NCBI GenBank assembly: GCA_951406725.2
Contig: OX597814.1
Location: 209,250,001-209,314,000, forward strand
Length of the DNA stretch: 64,000 nt
Reading direction: 5' to 3'
Origin: Octopus vulgaris
Taxonomy: Eukaryota
Below, piece by piece: positions 12,992-26,520 of the stretch. Position numbers and translations under genes: made by a program. Numbering within the stretch: the first letter of the stretch is position 1; each line of letters begins with the position of its first letter. The notes below the pieces were generated by a model, which was given only the letters and a program-made list of their open reading frames with translations, searched no databases and was not told where the DNA came from.

Positions 12992-13540
12992 TATCTCTGG
13001 TTTTGTTATAACTCCTGGAGTCTTGCATGTGTAGTGGGCTTGCTGCCTGCAGCCTACAGCACCATGCTATCTGTTCTTTTCAACTATCTAATACCTTCTT
13101 GATTATTCTGGCCGTACCAAGGAGGCAAACCTTTTGCAACAGCTCTATTGGGCACTCTATTTCCATTTCCTTTATATTGCTCTTGATGCCTTCTAATACT
13201 GTCACTAATGCTCCAACAATAATTGGCACTATCTTCACTTTTTTAATTTTCCACAATCAAGCCCTCTCGTATTTAAGAGGATTGTATGTGATTATTTTTT
13301 TCGCCTTCCTTCTTAACTGTGTTTGTGGGTCAAAAAGGCACGTAGCATCAGTTATAGAGCCCATGTGATTCACATTGTCCACCGCCACTAGGTCCGGCTT
13401 GTTGTACCCAAGTGCTTTCTGTGTTTGTGTTGGAGATCCTACAGAATTTTGCAGGTCTCCGACTCAGCCACTCACTGTGGTTTGTGCCCGTACCACATCT
13501 TACATCTCTCTCACCCACACTTTTCGCATATTTTCCAATG
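12991..13540 (-). mobile_element. 5'-truncated R4/Dong-like LINE (RLE C-terminus plus 3' UTR)
   Basis: Minus strand: HWKICEKCG..WYGHKPQ..ESETCKIL, NKPDLVAVD, KIVPIIVGALVTV and LLQKVCLLGTARIIKKVL, then (TAA)n, the known Dong target repeat. Confidence 0.88.
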
Positions 13541-13742
13541 GAGCTGTTTAGCGCGCCGGACAAAATGTTTAGCGGTACTTATTCCGGTTTTGCATTCGGA
13601 GTTCAAATTTCGCCGAGGTCAACTTTGTCTTTCATCCTTTCGGAGTCGATGTAATAAAATACTGGTCAAGAACTGTGGTTGATGGAATTGATTTACCCAC
13701 CACTCCTCAAAATCGTTGGCCCTGTGCCAAAATTAGAAAGAT
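13541..13742 (+). mobile_element. SINE family C
   Basis: gttagcgcgccggacaaaatg...gagttcaaatttcgccgaggtcaactttgtctttcatcctttcggagtcgat matches the reverse complement of 22520-22630. Confidence 0.75.
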
Positions 13743-13749
13743 TATTTAC

Positions 13750-13780
<31 letters not shown>

Positions 13781-14486
13781 TTTCCACTCTATAGAAGAAC
13801 GTACCGTTCCAAAAACATTAAATGAATTACTTATAATTTAGGTGGTATCTACCACAAAGTTTCCAAAGTTCACGTTATCTCATGATTATAAATAATATAC
13901 CAATAATTGTCTTTGCACAGACAGAAACCGAACATTAAAAATGAACAAAAACAAAAGAACAAACTATTTTGTGAAACAATTGAAATAGTTTGATAGCTAT
14001 TTATTGGAGAAACAGTTAAAACTGTCAAACAGAAACATTATCTTGCTATACATATTCATGGTTATTATTTGCAAAACTTTTGAAACGAAAAAATAAACGT
14101 TTGATTGTTCTTTCAGATTATTATAACGTTAAAGTAGAAATTGAATAATGTTATTTATCATTGATATGTGTTAGCCGTGTTTTTAAATATTTCTGTTTCT
14201 GTGAAGCCATGTTTGTTTGGTGTTCAACATGAGAGAAACTGGAGACTAAAAGTTATATATTCTTTCGTCATTTATACATTTTTTATAAAGAAGGTTATTG
14301 AGATATTTGACAATGTCATACCCTTCTCTGAAACGCCCATAAATATATATATGTATGTATATATATATATATATATATATTTAAATATTGAGGGAGATAA
14401 ATTAATATTACTTTTAATATCAATTTAAAACCAGTAGTCCAGCATTCAAAAAATCTGAGGAGTCAGAGAAAATTCAAATATATGTG

Positions 14487-14643
14487 TATATTGGCAGGCT
14501 GGCCTGCTAGGTAGCCGGCCAGAATGCTAGAAGAAGATCATCAACGATCAAACTACAAGGTAAATTCTCTACTTTACCTTGTAGTTTGATCGTTGATGAT
14601 CTTCTTCTAGCATTCTGGCCGGCTACCTAGCAGGCCAGCCCTG

Positions 14644-14650
<7 letters not shown>
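14487..14650. repeat. Near-perfect hairpin (~78-bp arms, 8-nt loop)
   Basis: Arms 14487-14564 and 14573-14650 differ by one indel; loop ttctctac. Confidence 0.95.
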
Positions 14651-14697
<47 letters not shown>

Positions 14698-14699
14698 TG

Positions 14700-14748
<49 letters not shown>

Positions 14749-14782
14749 TTCTTGAGTCCGTATATGTATACATATATGTATG

Positions 14783-14898
<116 letters not shown>

Positions 14899-15207
14899 TG
14901 TGTGTGCGTGTGTGTGTGTGTGTTTGTGTGTGTCTGTGTGTGTCTGTGTGTGCGTGTGTGTGTGTGTGTTTGTGTGTGTGTAGTTTAAAAGGGCAAGAAA
15001 ATACATAGTTGGCATTTCAGATTATTTGATTATGATCGTTTCAATAACCGTTAATCAATAATTGGTAATTCATACACATTAAATCAGTCATGAATCACAT
15101 CTTCAGATTCATACATTAATTTCTCTTTCTCGTCTTCTCTTCCATCTTCTTTAAATCACGTTCTCTACTTGTGTATGCACGCACATAGATATTCTTATAT
15201 TATTATA

Positions 15208-15598
15208 CGAGCAAAGCGTTACCCCCTGTCCAATGGAGGGTGCTGAGTTGTCAGACATTTAAACCAAATTTTCTCAAAACAACTTGTCCGACGTCCTATA
15301 GGCCTCCCCTTGAGAAACACTGATTTAACCTAAATTTGAGACACCGTGCATTTTTCTCGCGTACGCGTAGTATCGATCGCAACAACTGATGTACATGCGC
15401 GTACAAATGCACGTTCCCACGACTTTGTCGAACACATTCTCACCTGAAATCGATTTTTGCAAGTTTTTGAAGACTTATACTCTCCCTAATACCATCGGTA
15501 TCTACATATCAAATTTGAGCGCAATCGGATGGAGGATGCTCGAGATCCTAGAAGACACACACACACAGAGACAGACAGAACGGATTTTATATAATAGA
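15208..15598 (-). mobile_element. Non-autonomous Helitron-like element
   Basis: Minus strand 5' end TCTATTATATAAAA followed by (CTGT)/(GT) repeats; 3' GC hairpin then CTCG (CTAG variant); inserted between A and T with no TSD. Confidence 0.6.
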
Positions 15599-15604
15599 TT
15601 TGTT

Positions 15605-15960
15605 TTATTCACTGGACTGAAGTCGTGCCGCAGTATCGTTCTGAAGCGAGTACTTAATCGATGCAATGGATGCTAGTACTTGGTTTAAAGTTTGGTACTA
15701 ATCCTATCGGTCTTCTTATGATGAACTATTACCTTAAAGACATATAAAGAAACCAACATTGCTTAACTCACATATATGCATACACAACACACAAACGATG
15801 GGTAAGCATACGGTCTCTATCAACAAAATCTACTCACATGGCGTTGGTCATCCCACATCTGCTGTAGAAGATACTTACCCAAGGTGCCACGCATTGGGTC
15901 TGAACTCTAAATGGCTTGGCGGTGAAGTAAACTTCTTAACTAAAAATGCTTGCATGCGCT
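15605..15960 (-). mobile_element. Highly degenerate SINE family B
   Basis: gtagaagatacttacccaaggtgccacgcattgggtctgaact matches family B. Confidence 0.55.
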
Positions 15961-16552
15961 TATACACACATATATATGAAAGTGTGTATCGCTTTTGTAA
16001 CATGTAATCTAGTACAACCTGTAAAATGGTCGAGACGTTGGTGACCAAATCACATCATCACCAAGCTGGTTGAAGGATTACTAGAAACCGAACAGAAGAG
16101 ATCCAATATCCGTCAAAAGAAGAAAAATAAACATGGCGTAATATCAACGACTATCTAGTACCTTATAATGCAGGGATTTAGAAATTCGAAGCTAGTGGCC
16201 GGCCTCTGGGAGGGCATCAGCTTATAATAAGCTAGTGTAAGACCTCTGGGAGTGAGGCATCTCTTAGCTTTCGTTAAAGCATGTGACTAAGTGAAGCTTA
16301 TTCTGATAGAAAAACCAGTAGCATTGTCGACAGCGGTATCTTTTTTCGGTTTGTCTTTGGGCACTTTGGCTCTGGTAATAAGAATCGTTGAGTTATTGAG
16401 CAAAATACCTGCGACTAAAATTTCGAACGGGAATTGCTAAGAATTTCTTGATTTATTTCCTTTCATTTTCTATTCGCCATTGATGCTGCGCATAGTCGTT
16501 CAAGGAGAGGGCAGCAACTATTACACACACACACACACGTACGCACATACAC

Positions 16553-16592
<40 letters not shown>

Positions 16593-16659
16593 TCAAATAT
16601 GTGCGTGCATAAAAATATATACATGTATGTATATAAATATGTATATATATATATATCTG

Positions 16660-16730
<71 letters not shown>

Positions 16731-17590
16731 CATATACATTTACATACACACATCCGCACCCACATATATACGTACACATATAAATTTATAAACATACATA
16801 CTTAGATATATTGTCTAGATTAACTTGGACTGAAGCCAAATTGATTTAGTTGAAAGGGCTGAGATTCGATAGTAGAAGATTATTTCCTGTAGTATTTGGT
16901 TTTCGTTTCCTTAGTTGTTTAACATGGCCCTCTGGCTATTTTATGATCAGGAAATGAGCTTAATTTTTATTTAGAAGCAACTATGAAGGGTTGACCCCCA
17001 TCTAAATTCATTATCTGTATTGTTATTGCAAGGTTATAGCAGCTTCTCTTACATAATCGATAATTCTAGCCTGTCGTTCCATTTTTAGTAAACGAAGAAA
17101 ATTCATGTCGAACATTCCAAGAAATTATGTGTTATTTCTCTTTTATGAAGTTTTATGTGCTGTTCCAAAGAACAAGAGGTGAGTCACCACTGAAGATATC
17201 TCTATCGTCTCGTGTCTTGTCAACAGAGCTGTACTGTGTCTATGGCAAAAATAACTTTCAATTACGCCAAGTTTGACTGGCAGTAAACATCAATAGATGC
17301 CGTAGGTCGGTGTGAATAGCCTATGGAAACATTAGGATGGTTTAAGGACACAGTAAAACTGACATGTGCTTAGCAAGCATATATTTATGACAACGATTTT
17401 GCTTCACAGTATGAGTATACAATTTAAAGACGATATTAGCGGCTCTTGACTCACTTGCGTTACGTACATTATATCAGAATGAAGATATCAAGTTGTTGTT
17501 AGGAAAAATTGTTTGAGATTTGATCCGAATGTTCTACGACATTTCTTCCGATTCTTTACGTTCTGAGTTCAAATATTATCGAAGTCAATG

Positions 17591-17913
17591 TTAGTTAGTT
17601 AGTTAGTTAGTTAGTTAATTAATTTGGCTCAAAAGCAAATAGCAAGGCCATGTAGGGGGACATGGAGTTAAGTACAGGGTGGTGTTCATGTAAAGAGTTC
17701 AGGCCACTTGAGGTCAAGGGAGGCTTTGAACAAAGCGGTCATCGGCATCTTCACCATCTCGTCTGGCAGCTTGTTCCACGGATCCGCAACCCGGACGGAG
17801 AAAGCTCCTCTCCTTCGATTGAGATGAAATCGTCGCAGGTAGAGCTTTTCGGAATGACCCCGCAGCCGACGCTCTGGAGCAGGAGTGAAGAACAGCTCTT
17901 TCGAGAGGTTACA
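17591..17913 (-). mobile_element. 3' end of CR1-like LINE inserted into a SINE family C copy (~17490-18030)
   Basis: Reverse complement of ~56231-56550, including the (TAAC)n tail; short TSD atgtt; the SINE C sequence resumes on the other side. Confidence 0.9.
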
Positions 17914-18310
17914 TGTTGCCTATCATCCTTTCGGACCGATAAAATATCGGACTAGTCAAGAAATGGGTTCAGTGGAATCGATCGGTCCCTTTCCTTCAAA
18001 ATTGCTGGCCTTGTGCCCAAATTAGAAACACTTATTGCACACATTGTTGCTGCACAGCTCCAACCATTCCATCTTTTCTTTAAAAGTACCGTATCTAGGA
18101 AAATGTTATCCAACGTATCCTTCATTTATTTTTAATATGGTAGGATATGAATTGAAGGAGACTCAGCACGTTATTTCTTGCAGATCGAGTGACCACATTA
18201 AAGGCGCGCATTAAAGCAGGTTATCAAGTTGCTATTCTGTGACATTCAGCTCAATTGAGTTATAAAGTTCACCAGTCAAGGAAAGGAAAATGCAGCCAAT
18301 ATCGCTGTTT

Positions 18311-18644
18311 GACGACGATGATGATGATGATGATGATGACGACGATGATGACGATGACGATGATAATAATGATGATGATGTCGATGATGACGATGACGAT
18401 GATGATAATGGTGAGGAAGTCGATGATGACGATGACGATGACGATAAAGGTGATGGCGACGGTGATAATGATAATGATGATGATGTCGATGATGACGATG
18501 ACGATGATGATAAAGGTGATGACGATGACGATGATGATAATGATGATGATGTCGATGATGACGATGACGATGATGATAATGATGACGATGTCGATGATGA
18601 CGATGACGATGATGATAAAGGTGATGACGATGACGATGATGATA

Positions 18645-18688
<44 letters not shown>

Positions 18689-18744
18689 AATGCTGATGAA
18701 GTCGATGATGACGATGACGATGACGATAATGGTGATGACGACGG

Positions 18745-18789
<45 letters not shown>

Positions 18790-18840
18790 CGATGAGGATA
18801 AAGGCGATGACGATGATGATAATGATGATGATGGTGATGT
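18311..18840. repeat. Compound (GAT/GAC)n trinucleotide repeat with higher-order units
   Basis: Recurrent unit gatgatgtcgatgatgacgatgacgatgatgataa. Confidence 0.95.
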
Positions 18841-19859
18841 GCTGGTGTATGTCAATAGGTTTTAGCTGAATGAAAGGTCGAACGAAAGAATCTGTGTTTG
18901 GTGATATTCTCTTGGTAGATATAGCTTGGGAAATCACAGAGTTTAAAGGCAGCTGGAGTGAGCTGACGACCGTCTTGATGGGATGTACAGCAATGGACAA
19001 TTCGTATTTTATCGCCGGGACTTTGACGTGTCGGTGCTTAAAACAATCGACGGCAAAATGAGCTGGTCTGCCTTTGCTGATAATAAGCGCTCCAGCGATT
19101 GTACAATAAATTTAGCGAAGAAGAGAATTCAGCTTGGAGTGGCATGAACTCTACTACAAACTGATTTGTTGCCCAAGTGCTGCTTGTAGATGAAAGCATT
19201 TTTTACTACTAATAAGATCCACTGCCTTTTCGTACTATGAAAAGAAAAAAAAAAGAAACAAAAGATAAATGACATGATAGGTTTTCATCGTGATAAACCT
19301 TTGGAAGCTGAGTGCTTACATGTTGAGCTATCACTACTTACATTGGGCACAAAAGTAGGCGATTGTGTAAGGAAATTCTGTTTATTTTTCCGGGACCTAA
19401 GCGGCCGGCTAACTCTCGACGAAATGACATTAGATGCTATTTTCATATATGTGCAATTATGAAGTGAAAAGACTTTGTAATAATTATTTTTGACATTGGC
19501 ATGAGGCCACATATTTTGAGGAGAACGTAATTCATCCAACCAATTGATTTCAGATCTTGGTTGATGTTTATTCTATCAACCGACGAAGACAGAAAATCAA
19601 ACTCTACCTCAGCAGGATTCGAATTTAGAATGTAAATGGGATGGACATGACTAAATATCCAATTTGTTTCGACAGCCCTAAAGGCACCGTAATAAGATAC
19701 CAAACATGATATTTTATTTTCCACGACTTGAAGAAAGAAAAAACGATATTTTCCCCTTCTACATAATCCCAATAGTTGGAATTTTATCATTAGAAATATC
19801 TACGAATCGACAGTATATTTACACTCAGGCGCGCTTGCATACACCCCCCCCTACACACA

Positions 19860-20033
19860 TATGTATATATATATATATATATACACATCGATACATACAT
19901 ACATACATACATACATACATACATACATACTTACATACATACATACTTACATACATACATGCATGCATACATACAAATATGCACACATATATACGTGTAT
20001 AAGTGCATATATATATGTGTGTGTATTTCTATG

Positions 20034-20101
<68 letters not shown>

Positions 20102-20135
20102 ATGTCTGTCTGTCTGTCTATCAATCAATCAATCA

Positions 20136-20220
<85 letters not shown>

Positions 20221-20230
20221 CGTACGTACG
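19860..20230. repeat. (TA)n/(TACA)n/(TATC)n microsatellite cluster
   Basis: Direct inspection. Confidence 0.95.
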
Positions 20231-20400
20231 GACGTACATATGTATGTATGAACATCACGTACATATATATTTTGTGTAAGAGACGGAGAGGAACAGTGAT
20301 AAATGACATGAATATAAATAAAATATAGAGAAGCAAACACAAAGCATATTCCTAATGGAATGCCGTACTCCATTCATTTTTATGTACTCTTTAAATAAGT

Positions 20401-20446
<46 letters not shown>

Positions 20447-21948
20447 TTTCTAAATAGAAAATTTTCTGCTAAATTAATAGAAGTGTATACTTTTTGAAAG
20501 TTCTCATGAGTTGTTATACTGATGAACTACTTAGAATTACTCACATACGACGAAGAACAAAAACCCTGAGTGCATATTATTATACAGAGACAATTGATGT
20601 AGCTGAATATTTGAATAGCTTAGAACTACAATCACGTAATTCAGTTATATTCGTGACATAAACGAATTATCTTTTAGTAATATTAACTAGAAAGAACGGG
20701 TTCTGCCATTATTTTACGCACTACATATGTGTCCTATACTGACATTGGATGTTCAACCGTGTAAATGTATCTCCGGGGGCATTTCTCAAGAAATTTTCGT
20801 TCGCTTTTAACATACAAATACGTTTATTTCTTTAGATCTAGAGGCTCTTTTAGTTTTGAATTATATAAAAAGGAAAAGAAGAAAAGAAATAAATAAAATA
20901 AATAAAAAAAACAATACTAATTTCATAGATCTACGTAAATGATAAGTTAGTTATACTGAATTCTCAATTTCTTTTGTTTCTTAGCTAGAATATACTGCAT
21001 CATCTAACTGGCAATCATTTTGGTGATGGTCGAGCTCAGAGATATAACTTGAATGTACAGAAAAAAATGCATATGCTCCACATTAAAAAAAAAACAGTTG
21101 CTGCTGTTGATACTCAGCAAGAACTTCTGTAGGTTCATGCCTTTAGGAAGAACAATGGATAGCGTGCGTGTTGGGGGTGTAGGAGTGTTTGAGAGGACAG
21201 GTTGCGTGGTGGTACTGTTGTAGTTGTAGAAAGAAAGAATTGAGAAAATTTAAAACGAAGTTTTGAAAAGGCGAGGCGCAGCAAGATAGATGGGAAGAGA
21301 AGTGGTGCATACGTTGGGGAGGAAAGTTGTCAGTATAGAGGAGTGAGCAATGGGGAGAGGGAGAGAGAGAGAGAGAGAAAGAGAGAAAGAGAGGAACTGA
21401 TATATTATTTATTGGCTCCGAAAGGATGCAAGGTCAAGTGAATATTTGAGATGGGGATTCAAACTCAGAATGCAGGGAGCGAAAGCAAATAGAACATCAC
21501 ATCTTATTTGATGCGTTGATAAATCTGCTAGTTTCTCGCCTTATACTGGAATATCAGTGGGAGATAAGTGATTGTAAAATTTTCGATGTTAAGATATTAG
21601 GTCGAGGCAAGTGACTTGAGATTTCTGTTAGAATATTAGGAAGAATTTAAGTGACTATAAATTTTCCTATATAAGAATACGAAGGGGGAGATAATGACTA
21701 TAGAATTCAGCAACAGAGACATATGCATGCTCATATATTTGTCTCCGTTAGACTCCTCTTCCGGTGGCGAAAAAGTTTCAGAGGTGAGAAAAGTTGAAGA
21801 GTTGATATGAAAATGGTCGAGCAAATTTAGTGGAACAATCTCCCAAAAGTTTAGAAATTAGTTGACCAAGATTTTCGTAGAATTCTGACTGGTCTGTTGA
21901 TTGGATAGTTCATAAATAACATCATCTTCAACAATAACAACAACAACA

Positions 21949-22009
<61 letters not shown>

Positions 22010-22415
22010 TGTTGCTTGTGACAGAAGGTGGGAGATAGATGTACTTCTGTAAAATTTTTGGTGAGAGTGACATCAGGGTTACGTAAATACTGGTTTCTTA
22101 TAGAGGAATATAAATATCAAGAACGTGTTTACCCAGAATTATGAGTTTTTCACAGCCGTCAGGAAACCGTATATTTTAAATGAAGTCAAATGAAATTTTG
22201 TACGAGCATGTACACGCAGCGCTTGTGTAGCATCCAGAATCCCCTTTTATATCATCGCAGATATCATTAATCCAAGAAGACTTCGTCACCAGCGAAGAAG
22301 CAGTAAAGATGCACAGAAAAAGGAAACGTCTGAGCAGATGTTTATTATATTCAATCCACTGACTATAGAAGGAATAGTTACAAATACGTCTTTGTATGAA
22401 GTCATCTCAAATATA

Positions 22416-22630
22416 TATTTCTTTATTGCCCACAAGGGGCTAAACATAGAGGGGACAAACAAGGACAGACAAACGGATTAAGTCGATTACATCGACCCCA
22501 GTGCATAACTGGTACTTAATTTATCGACCCCGAAAGGATGAAAGGCAAAGTCGACCTCGGCGGAATTTGAACTCTGAACGTAACGGCAGACGAAATACGG
22601 CTACGCATTTCGTCCGGCATGCTAACGTTT
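22416..22630 (-). mobile_element. SINE family C, young, slightly 5'-truncated
   Basis: B-box-like GAGTTCAAATTCC; 17-bp TSD aagtcatct(c/t)aaatata at 22399-22415 and 22631-22647; tail ...gccccttgtgggcaataaagaaa. Confidence 0.9.
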
Positions 22631-22993
22631 AAGTCATCTTAAATATAACTGAAGTGATGATAGAGAAAAAAGCTAATGGCGTAATCATTAACAAAAGTTC
22701 GATGGAAAGATTTTTAATATCGTTATATTTGGGAAGAGTTATGATTAATAAAGCCTATAAACTCACTCCTCGGTTGCTACCTGTCTATATCTCACTTCTT
22801 ACTTTTCAAAACGGTTGAAGTTTGTTTATGTTCCCGAAAATATGTTCGCTCCGCCAATCTGTAACTTTCTCAGTGGACATACATCTTTAAAATCCTCGGT
22901 TTTCAGTTTGCCATTGATTTTTGTTGCTGCTGTTTAATTTCCATGATAGCTAGCCTGGCATAGTAAAAATATTTTTGAGGACATAAACAAATC

Positions 22994-23560
22994 TCAAGAG
23001 TTTAAAAAAAGAAAGAGAAATGAAATATAAGCAAGAAACAAACGGTGAAGATGCATATAATCTTTATCAATATTGAATTCTTCTAAATATATATCAATAT
23101 TGATTCTAACAAACAGTTTTTGATCAAAATTCTTGCAAATCAAATCCAAATTTGTTTTTCGCAATATCACTTCGAGTTTAGCAATCGAAACAAAAATACA
23201 TAAACTGAGACAGAGAAAAGTCTCCTCCTGCCTTGGGTCGGGTAACTGTAACAATCATCAATAGCAAGCCGCAAGTCAAAACCGCAATTGCATATTATTC
23301 TTCAATGAAACTTTCTTACTGGCCGTCTTGTTCTGCCATTGAACTTTGCTATCTGAGAAAGACTTTTGAACTTTCTCGACTTGTACAGAATTTCTCAACT
23401 TGTACGAATTTCCTTATTGACAACTTCCATTATGTCATATTGTCAATGTAGCCCAATCTGACAACTTGCAAGAACATTCATTTCCTTCTTCATTGTTAAC
23501 TTCAGCTATTTCATATAAGCAAATTCAAAGACATTTATATTATGACAGTTAACGTGAAAA
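22994..23560 (-). pseudogene. Possible decayed hAT-type transposase C-terminus
   Basis: KLEVILRKTNLDLICKNFDQKLFVRINIDIYLEEFNID loosely resembles the hAT dimerisation region. Weak, by eye only. Confidence 0.3.
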
Positions 23561-24000
23561 CTTATTATGTCTTCAGAGAAAAGAATGTTAGAAAATAGCT
23601 AGCATATCTTCTGTAAAATATTGGATTTCAATATTTTACCCAGTAATACAGATAATTACAAAGTAATATAGTAATTTAGTCGTGACAATTCTTATATTAG
23701 AATGTAGTTTTGAAAATAAAAATGATGTATTTCATATCATATTTTGGAGTCATACACTACATTGCAACAAGGACATGGTTATTCTCACAAGTCAACCAAA
23801 ATTGTTACATTCTTATTTTGCATTTCTTTCATAAAGCCAAAACAGGCTTTACTGTAGATGATTCTAGAAATGTGCGTTATATGGAGTTATTTAGAAGCAG
23901 CTAATCCAGATCAAGTAGAGTGGTAGTATTGTTTCAAAAAGGTAACCCAGGTTTCACATTGTCGCATAGTTAGCCACAAATATACTTGCATATATATATA

Positions 24001-24384
24001 TTTACTCTTTACTCTTTTACTTGTTTCAGTCATTTGACTGCGGCCATGCTGGAGCACCGCCTTTAGTCGAGCAAATCGACCGCGGGACTTATTCTTTGTA
24101 AGCCCAGTACTTATTATATCGGTCTCTTTTGCCGAACCGCTAAGTGACGGGGACGTAAACACACCAGCATTGGTTGTCAAGCAATGCTAGGGGGACAAAC
24201 ACAGACGCACACACACACACATATATATATATATATACATATATACGACAGGCTTCTTTCAGTTTCCGTCTACCAAATCCACTCACAAGGCATTGGTCGG
24301 CCCGGGGCTATAGCAGAAGACACTTGCCCAAGATGCCACGCAGTGGGACTGAACCCGGAACCATGTGGTTGGTTAGCAAGCTAC
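24001..24384 (-). mobile_element. SINE family B with internal microsatellite
   Basis: Reverse complement of 32285-32630 and 38615-39002. Confidence 0.9.
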
Positions 24385-24749
24385 TTTATTTCATATAATT
24401 TGCCATTTAGGCATTTACAAAGAGGGGGCAAACAAGGACAGACAAATATAAAGGGTGAAGTAGCTTAACACAGTTACAATTTTAAAATGAAATTACGGAT
24501 AAGATTATAAACAATGAGTTTACGAAGACAATGTTTAAAAATATTAATGATCATGTCGAAGGACGGACACCCAGCCATCCGGGTAGAACCTTTACTTTCT
24601 GATCCGGTCACACTTACCTGGTGCCAAACATACCCATCTTGCATGCTACAGGCTTCCATCTTTTCACAAACATATCTCGTGACAGACACCTCTTCTCCAG
24701 CCTGATTTTGCTACTGAGGTGCTACTTACCACACAGCCACTCCTACGCC

Positions 24750-24791
<42 letters not shown>

Positions 24792-25069
24792 TATGTATGT
24801 ATATATATGTGTGTGTTTATACACATTAGGAGAGAGAGAGAGAGAGAGAGAGTGAGAGAGAGACAGAGAGGGGAAATAGAGAGAGAAAGGTGAAAAGAGA
24901 GAGCTATGTGTTAATATAGTTTTGACCTTTAACTTATGACAGTTGAAAACGTCCAACAGGGCTGACAGAAGTATCTGAACCGTTTACACCCTGCACTCGT
25001 TCTGAGTCTTTCGTATTTATTGCGGAAAATGAATGTATTGAAAGATACAAGAAAGTAGTATGTGTGTGT

Positions 25070-25112
<43 letters not shown>

Positions 25113-26219
25113 CAAAAGCGAGATGTCACCTTCATATTGGTGGGTATCTTGGAAATCCAGAAGATCTATACCAAATAATGATACGAATTATTAACCATGT
25201 TTAAACCATATAAGGTAGTGCATTTGCAATTTGAAGGGACTGTTTATAATGCTCAGTGTCTGATTAGGTCTAAACCACCAGAAAAATAAGGTAAGCAAAC
25301 CTCAAATTTTAAATTAAATTTAAAGAATTATTGTAATTATGCAGTGGGTCTGACACTTACAAGTCTTTGGTTGATGTAAACTATGAAAGTGGACACTTAA
25401 TCAAGGTGTCACGCAGTGGGACTGATCCTGTTAACTTTGTTGATGCAAAGTAAATATCTTCACCTCATAGTCATACCTGATTATATAATGAACGTATCCA
25501 TGTGTGTATGTAGACAAAATCAGGTATATTCTGTCTAGTAAATTTGTAACAGCGAGCCTTTATCTGAAATTTGTTTTTAATCAAGACATGTACAGAATAA
25601 CTTTATGCCAAAATCTATTCTAAATGCTCATTATAGTTTTGTATACGGATAAGGGTGTCCAAATCTTTAATAGTGGCCATGTTCAACGAAATGCAGCCAA
25701 TAAGATACAAATATGTTATTAAATAAGCTTAGAATGCTAAACACGTATTTAAAATACGCCAATGCTGATTGCACCTGTTTCATATTTCAGTAAATTCCCA
25801 ATACATCTCTGAGAAATTTGTTACATTCTTTTCTTAGTAAGTTCTCGCTGAAATTTATTTCTCCCCATCTCCTCCTTTGCTATCATTTCCTACACACACA
25901 TGTATGTATGTATGTATGTATGTATGTATGTATGTATGTATGTATGTATGTATGTATGTATGTATGTATGTATGTATGTTTGTAAGTATGTATAAATTTG
26001 TGTTTCTTAATGAGATAGGTGAACACAAGCAGTTTGTTATATCTAGTAGTAACTTTTCGTTTAATTTTATTGAAGAATTCTCTGCAGTTGTCAATGCACT
26101 TCCAGGTGGTATTGATATTTTCTAGCTGGTTAGGCGCGATTTTGGTGACCTTTTTACATACCATAGTGTTATTTAGGAGTTCGATTGCTTGCTCATCGCA
26201 TGTTTCTTATTAATTACGT

Positions 26220-26520
26220 TAAAACAGAGAGTTACCTACTTGCAAATAAATGTGTTAACATGTGACATCATTGACCGAGGTTACCGTGGTCTTTTCCGTA
26301 GGCTTTTCTTTCCACGGATAAACCTTATCTGTTTCCCCCTTTACACTTTACATCATGACATTTCTGTGATACACAATCCCTATAGATCGTTTTTTTACGA
26401 TTCCTTTTGATCGAAAATATACCCCCTTTTTTCTTTTCTTTTTTTTCTCCCCAAAAAGTAAAGCTCTACTTTGTAATTTGTCCCCTCTGTATTCAGCCCT
26501 GTGTGGCTAATAAAGAAACA
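26220..26520 (+). mobile_element. 3' UTR fragment of Tx1/L1-like LINE
   Basis: Homologous to 45174-45582; 12-bp TSD tattaattacgt at 26208-26219 and 26521-26532. Confidence 0.85.

Noticed and set aside
18290-18865. 191-aa poly-Asp ORF reminiscent of acidic biomineralisation proteins
   Set aside because: Four frames are open simply because it is a GAT/GAC repeat. There is no signal peptide or other gene evidence, and similar trinucleotide tracts are common in this window.
20515-20560. Isolated CTGANGA cores (also ~6007, ~27082, ~49515 minus, ~54902)
   Set aside because: No stem II with GAAA and NUH in the right spacing; expected by chance.
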